This document shows positions 48,690-58,863 of a stretch of 64,000 bases of DNA, piece by piece (the first letter of the stretch is position 1; each line of letters opens with the position of its first letter). The stretch is from a bacterium (GTDB lineage: Bacteria > Patescibacteriota > Andersenbacteria > UBA10190), in assembly GCA_043811915.1 (NCBI GenBank), contig JBDRMS010000006.1:86870-150869 (forward strand), read 5' to 3'. A program made the translations under genes and the position numbers. Under the pieces are notes generated by a model, which saw only the letters and a list, made by a program, of their open reading frames with translations, made no database searches and had not been told where the DNA came from.

Positions 48690-49640
48690 ATGGATTATTC
48701 AATAGTGATACCGGCCTGCAACGAAGAACGAAACATAAGGCTCTTATATGAGGCTGTAAAGAGCGTTATGGACGGTTTGGGCTCGTGGGAGATGATTTTA
48801 ATAGATGATGGCAGTGGGGACAACACTTATGTGGAAATGCAGAAGTTGTGTGAGCGGGACGGCCGGGTTAAGCTAGTGTGTTTCAGGCGCAATTTTGGAC
48901 AGACGGCGGCCTGGTCGGCCGGGTTTGACCACGCGCGCGGTGATTTTGTAATAGTGATGGATGCCGATATGCAAAATGATCCGCAGGATATTCCGATTAT
49001 GCTGGAACGGATGCGAGAGAGGGGGTGGGATGTAATCTCCGGTTGGCGCAAGGACCGCAAAGATGACGGATTGCTAAAATTAGGCAGCAAAGTTGGTAAT
49101 GCAGTGCATCGCTGGGTAACAGGTGAGAAAATTCACGATCATGGTTGCAGTTTAAAGATATATAGAAGGGAAGCTCTGGTGGATCTGGAGCTATATGGAG
49201 AGATGCATCGTTACATAACAGCTTTGCTTTCCTGGAAAGGTTTTAAAGTGGGGGAGATAGAAGTGCGGCATCATCCACGCCGGCACGGTCGGACAAAATA
49301 TTCAATCAAGAAAAAACTGAAAGGCTTTTTGGATCTGATAATTGTAAAATTCTGGGTGCAATATTCGGCTCGTCCTATGCACTTCTTTGGCTCTATCGGT
49401 GCTGTGTTTGTGCTGGCTGGATTTGTTCTGGGCGGCACGCTGGGTTTCTTGTGGCTGTTGCGAATTATTGGGTTGGCCAACAGATCAACGCCGCTGTTGG
49501 CCGTGTTGATGGTACTACTAGGTTTTCAATTTTTATTAACGGGCGTACTAGCTGATGTCGTAGCGCACACATACTATGCGCAAAAAAAAGCGTATTCAAT
49601 TAAAGAGACAACAGGTTTTGATGAATCTTCTGTTGATTAA
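48690..49640 (+). CDS. GT2 family glycosyltransferase with C-terminal TM helices (GtrB/DPM synthase-like)
   Basis: IVIPACNEE...IDDGSGD...DADMQ GT-A motifs plus two C-terminal TM helices. Confidence 0.8.
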   Translation: MDYSIVIPACNEERNIRLLYEAVKSVMDGLGSWEMILIDDGSGDNTYVEMQKLCERDGRVKLVCFRRNFGQTAAWSAGFDHARGDFVIVMDADMQNDPQDIPIMLERMRERGWDVISGWRKDRKDDGLLKLGSKVGNAVHRWVTGEKIHDHGCSLKIYRREALVDLELYGEMHRYITALLSWKGFKVGEIEVRHHPRRHGRTKYSIKKKLKGFLDLIIVKFWVQYSARPMHFFGSIGAVFVLAGFVLGGTLGFLWLLRIIGLANRSTPLLAVLMVLLGFQFLLTGVLADVVAHTYYAQKKAYSIKETTGFDESSVD

Positions 49641-50757
49641 TAATGAGTTTCCGCCGATTGGAGGCGGAGGCTCAACGGTAACCAGATATGCTTTGCGGTA
49701 TCTTACCAGGGCGGGGCATAAGGTAACGCTGATAACCTCGAGTTATAAGGGATTGCCACGGCGAGAAATTATTGAAGGGGCCACTGTTATTCGCATCCCT
49801 GCTGTAAGACGTTACAAAGATTTTTGTTCCCAGTGGGAGCTGGTGATATTTGGCGTATCGGCTCTAGTTTATGCTCTAGGGTATACATTCAGACATAAAG
49901 TAGATTTTATTCAGGCTTACTTTGCGGTGCCGGCAGGCTGGGTAGCTTGGCTGGTAAATATATTACGGGGTATTCCGTATGGAGTGTATTTTGGCGGATC
50001 GGATATTCCGGGGGCTAACCCTTCGCGATATAAAAATATTTATCCTTTTTTGACGCCATTACTGAAGGCGATATGGCGGCGGGCAAAGTTTCGCACGGTG
50101 TGTTCGCAGGAACTGGCTCGTTTAGGGGGAAAAGCTGATGCGGGAGTCGGGTTTTTAGTGATTCCTAATGGGGTGGAAACGGATCGTTTTAAGCCAATAG
50201 GAAGGTCGGCTAATCCCAGGGTAAAAATTTTATTTATCGGCAGGCTGATTCCGCGTAAAGGGTTTCAGCGAGTGGTGCGGTCATTGCCGAGGGTGTGTGA
50301 GTTGACTCGCCAGGCATTTGAGGTGGAAGTGGTGGGGACCGGAGCAGCGCGAGCGGAACTGGATGAAGAAGCGGAGGAATTAGGTATTTCTAGTTTAATA
50401 AAATACGTGGGCACAGTGTCATATGATCAGCTGGAGAAAGCTTACCAGTATGCAGATATTTTTGTATTAACCTCGCTTTCCGAGGGTATGCCGTCCGTTA
50501 TCTTGGAAGCGATGGGGTGTGGGTTGCCGGTTATCGCCTCGGACGTGGGAGGAAATAACGAATTAGTCGAGGAAGGCGTGAATGGATATTTAATTAAAGG
50601 TGATGATATAGAGACCCTGGCCAGGCAACTGGCTAAATTGATTGATGATGAGGGCTTGAGACGAAGGATGGGGCAGGCGGGAAGAGAAAAGGCGTTAAAG
50701 TATGATTGGGGGAATATTATGAAGAAGTATAATGAACTATACAGAAGCTATGGCTGA
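49621..50757 (+). CDS. GT4 family glycosyltransferase
   Basis: EGMPSVILEAMGCGLPVIASDVGG motif; ATG at 49621. Confidence 0.8.
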   Translation: MNLLLINNEFPPIGGGGSTVTRYALRYLTRAGHKVTLITSSYKGLPRREIIEGATVIRIPAVRRYKDFCSQWELVIFGVSALVYALGYTFRHKVDFIQAYFAVPAGWVAWLVNILRGIPYGVYFGGSDIPGANPSRYKNIYPFLTPLLKAIWRRAKFRTVCSQELARLGGKADAGVGFLVIPNGVETDRFKPIGRSANPRVKILFIGRLIPRKGFQRVVRSLPRVCELTRQAFEVEVVGTGAARAELDEEAEELGISSLIKYVGTVSYDQLEKAYQYADIFVLTSLSEGMPSVILEAMGCGLPVIASDVGGNNELVEEGVNGYLIKGDDIETLARQLAKLIDDEGLRRRMGQAGREKALKYDWGNIMKKYNELYRSYG

Positions 50758-51721
50758 AAAAGTTCTTATAACCGGGGGCGCTGGTTTTATTGGCAGCAAT
50801 ATCGCGCGCGCTTTAGTGCAGCGGGGTGATAAAGTTACGGTGTTGGATGCTATGTTGCCGTTGTACGGAGGAAATTTGTTTAATTTAAAAGAGCTAAGGG
50901 ATGAAATTGAATTTGTGGAGGGAGATATAAGAGATGCCGGGCTGGTGGAAAAGCTGGTTAAGGGTAAAGACATTGTATATAATCTGGCGGCACAGGTTAG
51001 TTATATTGATTCAAAAGATAAGCCGTTTTTAGATCTGGATATTAACGGGGCGGGACACCTGATTGTTTTAGAAGCGGTGCGCAAGCGGGCGCCGGAAGCC
51101 CGAGTCTTGTTTTCTTCTTCCCGTCTGGTTTATGGCAGAATTTTAACGGTGCCGGTGCAGGAAGAGCATCCGACCGATCCACTTTCTATGTATGGAATTC
51201 ACAAATTGCTGGGAGAGAAGTATTATCGATATTTTGCTGATACTCATGGCTTGCACACGATGTCGATACGTATACCTAATCCTTATGGGCCGCGACAGCA
51301 AATGAAGCATAACAAGTATTCCATTGTGGGCTGGTTTGTGCGCCAGGCTATGGAGGGCAAAACGATTACGGTTTTTGGCGACGGGAAGCAAGAGCGAGAT
51401 TATTTATATATAGATGATATTGTGGACGCGTTTCTACAACTAACCAGTAAAGGAGAAGCGGGTGAGATATATAACATCGGCACGCACGAGCGAGTACGAT
51501 TTGTCGACATGGTTGATGCAGTATTGCAGGAGGTCGGTGGCGGAATGAAAGAACATGTGCCATGGCCAGAGGATTACGAGAAAAATGAAACAGGAAACTA
51601 TATAGCAGATACGAGTAAAATTCGTGAATTAACGGGCTGGGAGTCGCAGGTGAACCTAAAAGACGGAGTGAAGAAGATGGTGCAGTATTACAAGGAAAAT
51701 AGTCAGCATTATTTTCAGTAA
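50750..51721 (+). CDS. NAD-dependent epimerase/dehydratase (extended SDR; possibly an RmlB-like 4,6-dehydratase)
   Basis: [18 protein letters not shown] (YxxxK), GDGKQERDYLYIDD. Confidence 0.7.
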   Translation: MAEKVLITGGAGFIGSNIARALVQRGDKVTVLDAMLPLYGGNLFNLKELRDEIEFVEGDIRDAGLVEKLVKGKDIVYNLAAQVSYIDSKDKPFLDLDINGAGHLIVLEAVRKRAPEARVLFSSSRLVYGRILTVPVQEEHPTDPLSMYGIHKLLGEKYYRYFADTHGLHTMSIRIPNPYGPRQQMKHNKYSIVGWFVRQAMEGKTITVFGDGKQERDYLYIDDIVDAFLQLTSKGEAGEIYNIGTHERVRFVDMVDAVLQEVGGGMKEHVPWPEDYEKNETGNYIADTSKIRELTGWESQVNLKDGVKKMVQYYKENSQHYFQ

Positions 51722-51745
51722 TTGGTAATTAGTAATTAGTAAATT

Positions 51746-54163
51746 ATGACGACGAGAGAAAAATTGATTGGGCTGATAGTTTTTGTTGGGCTGGTTATTC
51801 TGGTGGGAACGTTGGTGTCAGTACGGGAAGTGGGCGAGCGGCAGGGAGAATATACGACTAATACCGGGGAGCTTTTACAGGGTTCATTAGTAGGCCAGAC
51901 TTTTGTAGCTGGTAAGGATGATTTGTCGGGAGTGGCCGTGATGCTGGCGACTTACTCTGGTCGGGTGAAAACCGGGACGGTTGAACTGCATGTACAGGAC
52001 CTGCCTGCCGGACAGGCGGGGTCTATTGGTTACGGACGGGACCTGCGGACAGACATGGTGGACGTGAGCCAGTTGGGCGATAACCAGTGGCATCGTTTTA
52101 AATTTGAGCCAATAGCTGACTCGGCGGGGCAATCCCTTTTCTTTTATGTAACCTCGTTGGAGGGGGTGGCTGGCAATGCGGTAGCAGTGGACATTAACGG
52201 CAAAGATCCATATCCGTTGGGATCTGCTTATTTAGTGCGGGGGCATAATGACGAGGAAGTGAGCGGGGACGTGCTGGTAAGATCTGGAAAACAAAGTTTA
52301 GACATGGCGTTTGAGATTTATTACACGGTACCATTGCGAGTAGCGGTGATGAATAAGACGGTGGCGACAGGGAAGCAATTTGTGCAGACATGGGATGAAA
52401 TGCACGGTAAATATATTATCTGGGCCAAGGTGGGAGTGCCGGCATTGCTGTTTATTACTTTAATGGTGTGGCTGCGTCGCTTATCTTTGAGGCCGCGGCA
52501 GACGCTATTGGTTTTATTTGTTCTGGCAATAGTAGTGCGGCTTATATACGCGGTGGAATTACCTCTGACAAATGACGAGGGTAATTACCTGTATGATGCG
52601 CGGACATTGTTGGAAGGCGGACTGGCAGGAGGCGATGGTTATGTGAAGGCGCCGCTGGTGGTGATTTGGCTGGCGATTTGGCAATTTATATTAGGGCAAA
52701 CCATTTTGGCGGGGCGGTTGTCGTCGGTGGTAATTGGGGCAGCGACGTTGTGGCCCATGTATTTATTGGGACGGGGATTGGGTAGTATAAAGACCGGGCT
52801 GGTTGCGGCCGGGGCCTGGGCGCTGATGGGCGTGACAACAGTTTTTAATATTTATGTACACACGCAGCCCCTGGCATTGTTTTTCGGGATATTCGGCCTG
52901 GCGGTTCTGTCGGCGGCATTGCGAGGGAAATTGGGTCCGCCAAGTCGGCGAGCTCGCTTCATTTGGCTTTTTGTAGCAGGTGTCTTACTGGGTTTGGGTG
53001 TAGTTTCGCGCAAAAGTATTTTGGCACTGGGACTGGTGCCACTGGCGCTAGTTGTGAGGGAAGGGCAAAGTTGGCGAGGGCGGCTCAAAGATTTAATAAT
53101 AATTGGACTTGGTTTTTTACTTGTTGTTAGCTTGTTTCTGGGCGGGGCTGCGGCTGTGTATGGAAAAGAAGGTTTTTGGGAGGCGTTGGGCGCGAATTCG
53201 GCGGAGGATGGTATTTCGGCGGTAGACCCGGCGGAGGTAGAGCAGGTGAGGGCCTATTCCCTGCGGGGCATGACGCCATTTTTTAGAGAAAGCTTGCCGT
53301 TGATATTGCTGGCAATGATTGGGCTGGGGGTGGCATTGGAAAAATTATTCACTCGCCGCTTCGTAAAACTGATAGCGTGGGCTGTCCCTATAGCTATCTT
53401 CTGGTGGGCGTGGGGATTCTTCTTAGAGTATGAGGGTAGTTCGGTAATGGTGTTTGGCATGAAGGACTTGTGGTATGCGATGGCAGCTGGGCTGATCCTG
53501 GTGGCGATTTTGTATCGCGGCAAGGCTTCAGATAAACCGGGGCAGTGGGCGCCGGTACTGGTGCCGGTGCTGTGGATGGCGGGATTAATCTTCTTTTACA
53601 CCAACTGGATAAAATTTCACGCCAACTATATCGGCGAGTTTTTGCCGCCGTTGGTGCTGCTGGGGGCCTTAGGGGCTCCTGTTCTGATGAGAAAGTCGGC
53701 GGGGCGGTGGCTGGTGCTGGCGGTTATGCTGTGGGCCTTATTTGTTTCCGGGTACGTGACACTGGTTTATGAGCATACGGGGACGTTTCAGCTTCAGGCG
53801 CTTCGGGAGGCGGCGGAGTGGACTAAAAATAATATCCCAAAGCAGGAGGAGATATTTACGGGAGCGGCGGCGGTGCCATATCTTTCCGGGCACCATACGG
53901 CACTGAATATCGCTCATCCGCGCTGGTACGCGTATGAGTTTACGCGTAAGGATCCGGAGCGCTTGAATACATTTTTGCCGCCGGCGGAGGAGATGGTACA
54001 GGCTTTTAAGGAGGCAGAGTGGTTCCTAATGGATAAGCAGACCGGGTTTTCGTTTTTGATGGAGTACTCGGAGATAGAAGGGGGGTTGGAACAAGAATTT
54101 GAGGCGGTTAAGGGAATTTCCAACGGATCAAACACGCTGACGTTTTACCGAAGAATAAAGTGA
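51746..54163 (+). CDS. GT-C-type membrane glycosyltransferase (ArnT/PMT_2-like) with N-terminal extracytoplasmic domain
   Basis: N-terminal TM, ~170 aa soluble domain, then a polytopic core with LPLTNDEGNY (DExxY-type motif) in the first loop. Confidence 0.65.
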   Translation: MTTREKLIGLIVFVGLVILVGTLVSVREVGERQGEYTTNTGELLQGSLVGQTFVAGKDDLSGVAVMLATYSGRVKTGTVELHVQDLPAGQAGSIGYGRDLRTDMVDVSQLGDNQWHRFKFEPIADSAGQSLFFYVTSLEGVAGNAVAVDINGKDPYPLGSAYLVRGHNDEEVSGDVLVRSGKQSLDMAFEIYYTVPLRVAVMNKTVATGKQFVQTWDEMHGKYIIWAKVGVPALLFITLMVWLRRLSLRPRQTLLVLFVLAIVVRLIYAVELPLTNDEGNYLYDARTLLEGGLAGGDGYVKAPLVVIWLAIWQFILGQTILAGRLSSVVIGAATLWPMYLLGRGLGSIKTGLVAAGAWALMGVTTVFNIYVHTQPLALFFGIFGLAVLSAALRGKLGPPSRRARFIWLFVAGVLLGLGVVSRKSILALGLVPLALVVREGQSWRGRLKDLIIIGLGFLLVVSLFLGGAAAVYGKEGFWEALGANSAEDGISAVDPAEVEQVRAYSLRGMTPFFRESLPLILLAMIGLGVALEKLFTRRFVKLIAWAVPIAIFWWAWGFFLEYEGSSVMVFGMKDLWYAMAAGLILVAILYRGKASDKPGQWAPVLVPVLWMAGLIFFYTNWIKFHANYIGEFLPPLVLLGALGAPVLMRKSAGRWLVLAVMLWALFVSGYVTLVYEHTGTFQLQALREAAEWTKNNIPKQEEIFTGAAAVPYLSGHHTALNIAHPRWYAYEFTRKDPERLNTFLPPAEEMVQAFKEAEWFLMDKQTGFSFLMEYSEIEGGLEQEFEAVKGISNGSNTLTFYRRIK

Positions 54164-56157
54164 TGACGGATAAAGGGAAAAAGGTGATTGCGGTAGTGGC
54201 ACTTGGGCTGCTGGCCCTGGTGGTGAGACTGCCCGGCCTGGGAGAATTTATGACAGTGGATGAAGAAAACTGGATGCTGCGCAGCGGTACGTTTTGGCAT
54301 GAGTTGTTCAGGCTGTCTGATCCCAGCGGAACATTTTTGACCACCCATCCAGGAGCTACGACGATGTGGCTGACAGGGACTGGAGTGTTCTGGCAAGAAG
54401 CCCGCCTCGGTTTTGACATTGATACGTCTAATCTGCGATATTTCCGGCTGGCGGCGACGTTGCCGTTGGCGCTGGCAACTTCCGTATTGATTGGGCTAGC
54501 TACATGGCTGTTGGTAAGGCTGTTGAATTGGGGTGTGGCGGCAATGGCAGGTCTGTTGCTGGCGGTTGATCCATACCTCACAGGTATGAGCCAGGTGGCT
54601 CATTTGGATGCATTGCTGGCCTTGTTTATGTTGGCCAGCATGCTGGCTTTTTTCGTGGGCAAGCGCGGGCAAAAGCTGCAGTACCTGGTGTTGGCGGGGG
54701 TGATGGCAGGACTGGCTATGGGGACCAAGTTTTTGCCGGCACTGTGGCTATGGTTGTTCTTTGCATTGGTGCTTATTTTTCAGCAACCTCGTCAACAGGT
54801 GTTTTCTCGGTTGCTTCGAGCTCTTGGTTTTATGTTTGGCGTGGCGGCGCTGACACTTTATGTTACTTGGCCGGCCCTTTGGGTTTCGGATGACTTCATG
54901 CGCTCTTTTAATCGCGATGTGCCGGCGATTATAACGCAGGAGCATGTGGCGTTAGAATTATCACAGGATCCGATAGAACCGGAAAGTTTTTACTTGCGAA
55001 CGATGCTGGGACGCTCGACGCCGTTTGTGCTGTTGCTGACTGTTGGTATGTTGGTGTCGGCGGCGAGGTTCTGGATGAGGAAAAGAGAGGTGCCGCAAGC
55101 AGCGTGGTTGTTTGTCTATGCGATTGGTTTTCTGGTTTTGATGACGCTGGCGGCGAAGAAAGCGGATCGGTATGCGATGCCGGCTTTAGTCGTGCTGCCA
55201 GTGCTGGCTGGCTGGGGATTCGCTATTGCATGGCAGATTATTCGTTCGCGATCCTTCGGGAATCGAATTTTCTCGTCGCTTATCCCTCGCCCGGGACCGC
55301 TAGTGGTGCTGGTTATACTTTTATTGATTACTCAAGTTTTAGCATGGTCGCCATATGCGATTGCGTATAATAACCCATATTTGCCGAATATCAGGCCTCT
55401 GCCGCAGCAGGGATGGGGAGAGGGACTGGATGCGGCGGCACGATTACTAAATAACCATCCTTTGATTGATGAATTGATTATTGCCTCGTGGTACCCAGGG
55501 GTGACAGAAACATATTTTAATGGCAAGACGATGAGTTTGAGTTCACGGGATGACGAACGAGTAGGGTATGTGGTGACATATCGGAATATGGCGGGCCGGG
55601 CGCCGGATGATATTGCCAGTAATGTGTTGGATGAGTACCAGGATAAAAATCCTGTGCACACGATTAAAATCGGCGGGCAGGAGTACGTAGAAATATACGA
55701 GGTTATGGGGTTACACTACTTTCCGCAGCATGTGGGAGAGTTAGCGGGTGACATGGAAGTGGGGCAGGAGATTATGATAAGCGAAAATAATTGGTCTGCC
55801 ATAGAAATTGGCATGGCGAATTTCAGCAGCCGGCAGAATACAAAAGATGTTTTTTTGCATGTTAGAGACAGTGTTAATGCGACGGATGATTTGCGGACAG
55901 TAAAAATAAATGCGGCGCAAATTAAGGATAGTACATGGCATAGATTTGAGTTTGAACCAATAGCGGACTCGGCGGGCAAAACTTTTTATGTGGCGCTGAC
56001 TAGTCCTGATTCGATTAAGGGAGATGCGGTGACGGTTCGGTTTGTGTCGAAGAATATATTGCCGGGACAAATGCTATTGCGGCGGCAAGCCCTGAAGGGT
56101 GGAGAAATGAACAGTGATTTTCTGCGTGGCGGAGACATGGCGTATCGGTTACCATAA
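54160..56157 (+). CDS. GT-C-type membrane glycosyltransferase (ArnT/PMT_2-like) with C-terminal soluble domain
   Basis: FMTVDEENW acidic loop motif after TM1; polytopic; C-terminal ~130 aa domain homologous to the N-terminal domain of the preceding gene. Confidence 0.65.
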   Translation: MMTDKGKKVIAVVALGLLALVVRLPGLGEFMTVDEENWMLRSGTFWHELFRLSDPSGTFLTTHPGATTMWLTGTGVFWQEARLGFDIDTSNLRYFRLAATLPLALATSVLIGLATWLLVRLLNWGVAAMAGLLLAVDPYLTGMSQVAHLDALLALFMLASMLAFFVGKRGQKLQYLVLAGVMAGLAMGTKFLPALWLWLFFALVLIFQQPRQQVFSRLLRALGFMFGVAALTLYVTWPALWVSDDFMRSFNRDVPAIITQEHVALELSQDPIEPESFYLRTMLGRSTPFVLLLTVGMLVSAARFWMRKREVPQAAWLFVYAIGFLVLMTLAAKKADRYAMPALVVLPVLAGWGFAIAWQIIRSRSFGNRIFSSLIPRPGPLVVLVILLLITQVLAWSPYAIAYNNPYLPNIRPLPQQGWGEGLDAAARLLNNHPLIDELIIASWYPGVTETYFNGKTMSLSSRDDERVGYVVTYRNMAGRAPDDIASNVLDEYQDKNPVHTIKIGGQEYVEIYEVMGLHYFPQHVGELAGDMEVGQEIMISENNWSAIEIGMANFSSRQNTKDVFLHVRDSVNATDDLRTVKINAAQIKDSTWHRFEFEPIADSAGKTFYVALTSPDSIKGDAVTVRFVSKNILPGQMLLRRQALKGGEMNSDFLRGGDMAYRLP

Positions 56158-56172
56158 TAGAAATAATAGACT

Positions 56173-56994
56173 ATGAGAGGAAAATTAGCGGCGAGTATTT
56201 TAGTCGGGGTTATTTGGGCTGGGGCAGCTCTGGCGGACGAGGATTTTGGCGAAGACGATTTTTATGAACCCCAGGAGCAGGAAATTGTTGTGCCAGAGAG
56301 GCGGCAGACAGTAGCGGCGCCAGTAGTGGAAGTTGAAGGATTGAATGAGTTGCCTTTTGAGCCATTAGACAAGAGTCTTGATGGGGACAGGGATGGTTTG
56401 AGTGATGTGGACGAAGTGCGACTAGCGACGGATGCCAATAATCCGGACACGGATGGGGACGGGTATATTGATGGGCTGGAGGTGGTACGAGGTTATAATC
56501 CGCTGAAAGCTTCGCCGGGGGACAAAGTTGTGATGGCCGAACTGGACACGGCCAGTCCCAGCGATGTCTATAAAATAACGGGTGTGCGACTGAATACATT
56601 GGGAATAAAGAATACGCTGGTTGTCACGGGAGTGGGGCCGCCAAATTCGCTGGTGACACTGCTGGTTTTTTCCGAAGAAATGAAAACGTGGGTCGCGAGG
56701 TCGGATAGTTCGGGTCGTTTTATATACGTTTCGGAAGATACGCTGGGAATAGGGCAACACAGGATTTATGCGGCGGGCACGGCGGCAGGAGGGGCAGTGT
56801 TGGCTGTGAGCTCTCCGCTTGTCTTCATACGCGAGGCGGATTCATTGGAAATGTTGGAGGAGAAGGCAGTCCCGGAGCCGATTGTTGTTGGCAGTGAAAG
56901 CAGTGGGTGGTTATTCCTGGCTGCGGGTACCAGTATTTTGTCAATGGCGGCAATAATTGGCGGTGGCCTGGTGTTGTGGCGTCGAACTAGATGA
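56173..56994 (+). CDS. secreted Ca-binding repeat protein (thrombospondin type-3-like DxDxDG repeats) with C-terminal TM anchor
   Basis: Signal peptide; DGDRDGLSDVDE...DANNPDTDGDGYIDGLE; C-terminal hydrophobic helix and RRTR. Confidence 0.6.
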   Translation: MRGKLAASILVGVIWAGAALADEDFGEDDFYEPQEQEIVVPERRQTVAAPVVEVEGLNELPFEPLDKSLDGDRDGLSDVDEVRLATDANNPDTDGDGYIDGLEVVRGYNPLKASPGDKVVMAELDTASPSDVYKITGVRLNTLGIKNTLVVTGVGPPNSLVTLLVFSEEMKTWVARSDSSGRFIYVSEDTLGIGQHRIYAAGTAAGGAVLAVSSPLVFIREADSLEMLEEKAVPEPIVVGSESSGWLFLAAGTSILSMAAIIGGGLVLWRRTR

Positions 56995-58863
56995 ATGTGC
57001 GGGATAGTCGGGGTTTGGAATAGAGGCAGCGGCGAGCCGGTGGATAAGGGTGTTTTGCTGCGCATGGCCGGCTCGTTGCGGCACCGGGGGCCGGACGACG
57101 CCGGGCATATGATTGACGGCGCTTTGGGCCTAGCGCACCGGCGCCTGGCTATTATTGATCTGACGGCGGCCGGGCGGCAGCCTATGACTACGCCGGATGG
57201 CCGCTACACCATAGTCTTCAACGGCGAGATATATAACTACGGGGAACTGGCTAAAAAGTATTGTGCGGACGTGAACCTAAGATCAACTTCAGATACGGAG
57301 ATTCTGTTGCATGTGCTGGCGAAGAAAGGCAGAAAAGCGCTGCCGGAGTTGCGCGGCATGTTCGCTTTGGCTTTATGGGACGTTGTAGAGCGGCGATTGC
57401 TCATCGCGACTGATCCTTTTGGCAAAAAGCCGCTGTACTGGATGGATCATGGAGATACGTTTTTATTTGCTTCAGAGATAAAGGCATTGCTGGAGCATCC
57501 GCAAGTGAGCCGGGATATGGATCGGCTGGCCATGGCCAGGTATTTTTTATATGAATATGTACCGGCGCCAGCTACCGGATACAGGGAGATAAGACAGGTG
57601 CCAATGGGGCACTATGTGGAAATAACTGCGCCGGGGATTGATGTGCGTCAGTGGTGGAAGCCGACTTTTATGCCGAAAAGAGAGGGTAAATCGGAAAGGG
57701 AGGTAATATCAAGGTTTGACGAAAAAATGAGACTGGCGGTGCGCCGCCGCATGATAGCTGACGTGCCGGTGGGGGTGCTATTAAGTGGGGGGATTGATTC
57801 GACGAGCATTGCCTGGTACATGAAACAAGAGGCGGGAAGAAAAATCCATTCATTTTCCGTGTCTTTTGTGGAGCAGAGTTTTAACGAGGGCGGTTTTGCC
57901 GAGCAGGCGGCAAAGACTGTGGGGACGGAGCATCATGATTTGCGGTTTGGACTGGACGAATTTAAGTTTGCCTGGGACAAGGTGACGGAGAAAATGGACA
58001 TTCCGTTTGGAGATGCTTCAATATTGCCGACGTACGCAGTAAGCGAGTTGGCCAGAGAACATATAACGGTGGCTCTGGATGGAGATGGCAGTGATGAACT
58101 ACTGGGAGGATACGGGACGTTTAGAGCGGCGCAGCTGTCACAAAAGTTGCCGCGGTTATCAAAAAGTGTATGGCAGGCTTTATATGAAATATCAAAGAAG
58201 TTGCCAACCAGTTACGGATATTTTTCTCTTGATTTTAAAGCAAAGTCTTTTTTGAAGGGGATGGGTTATGACTTGCCTCATCAAAACCAAGTGTGGCTGG
58301 GTTCTTTTTCTGATGTGGAGTTAAGAGAGCTGTTGACGGATGAGTGGCAAGAGTATTTGAGAAGCTTATTTGCTGATGTTAATCAGTTATTGCCGGAGCT
58401 GGAAAGGCTGGATGTGGCAGATGTCGTGTCTCTGATGACGATATATCATTATTTGCACAATGATATTTTAACCAAGCTGGACCGGGCGACGATGTTTGTA
58501 AGCCTGGAGGCCAGGACTCCTTTTCTGGATGTTGATTTGGCGGAGTACGTGATGAGGTTACCGGCGAAATATAAGAAAAAGAAGTATATATTAAAGCAAG
58601 CGATGCGAGGAAGAATTCCTGATGCCATTATTGATCGTGAAAAACAGGGATTTGCGTTGCCGTTGGGGCAGTGGCTAAAGGGGCCGCTCTTTGAGTGGGC
58701 GCGTGAAATATTAGCGGAGGACAAGCTGCGGACGGCGGGAGTGATGCGGCCGGAGACAGTCAGGCGTCTTTTGAAGGAGCATCGGCGGGGTAATGCTGAC
58801 CATCGGAAAAAGATTTGGACATTGATTGCCTGGCAGGCGTGGTATGACCGCTGGATGGTATAG
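56995..58863 (+). CDS. asnB: asparagine synthase (glutamine-hydrolysing), AsnB-type amidotransferase
   Basis: MCGIVG N-terminal Cys nucleophile; SGGIDS PP-loop. Confidence 0.88.
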   Translation: MCGIVGVWNRGSGEPVDKGVLLRMAGSLRHRGPDDAGHMIDGALGLAHRRLAIIDLTAAGRQPMTTPDGRYTIVFNGEIYNYGELAKKYCADVNLRSTSDTEILLHVLAKKGRKALPELRGMFALALWDVVERRLLIATDPFGKKPLYWMDHGDTFLFASEIKALLEHPQVSRDMDRLAMARYFLYEYVPAPATGYREIRQVPMGHYVEITAPGIDVRQWWKPTFMPKREGKSEREVISRFDEKMRLAVRRRMIADVPVGVLLSGGIDSTSIAWYMKQEAGRKIHSFSVSFVEQSFNEGGFAEQAAKTVGTEHHDLRFGLDEFKFAWDKVTEKMDIPFGDASILPTYAVSELAREHITVALDGDGSDELLGGYGTFRAAQLSQKLPRLSKSVWQALYEISKKLPTSYGYFSLDFKAKSFLKGMGYDLPHQNQVWLGSFSDVELRELLTDEWQEYLRSLFADVNQLLPELERLDVADVVSLMTIYHYLHNDILTKLDRATMFVSLEARTPFLDVDLAEYVMRLPAKYKKKKYILKQAMRGRIPDAIIDREKQGFALPLGQWLKGPLFEWAREILAEDKLRTAGVMRPETVRRLLKEHRRGNADHRKKIWTLIAWQAWYDRWMV

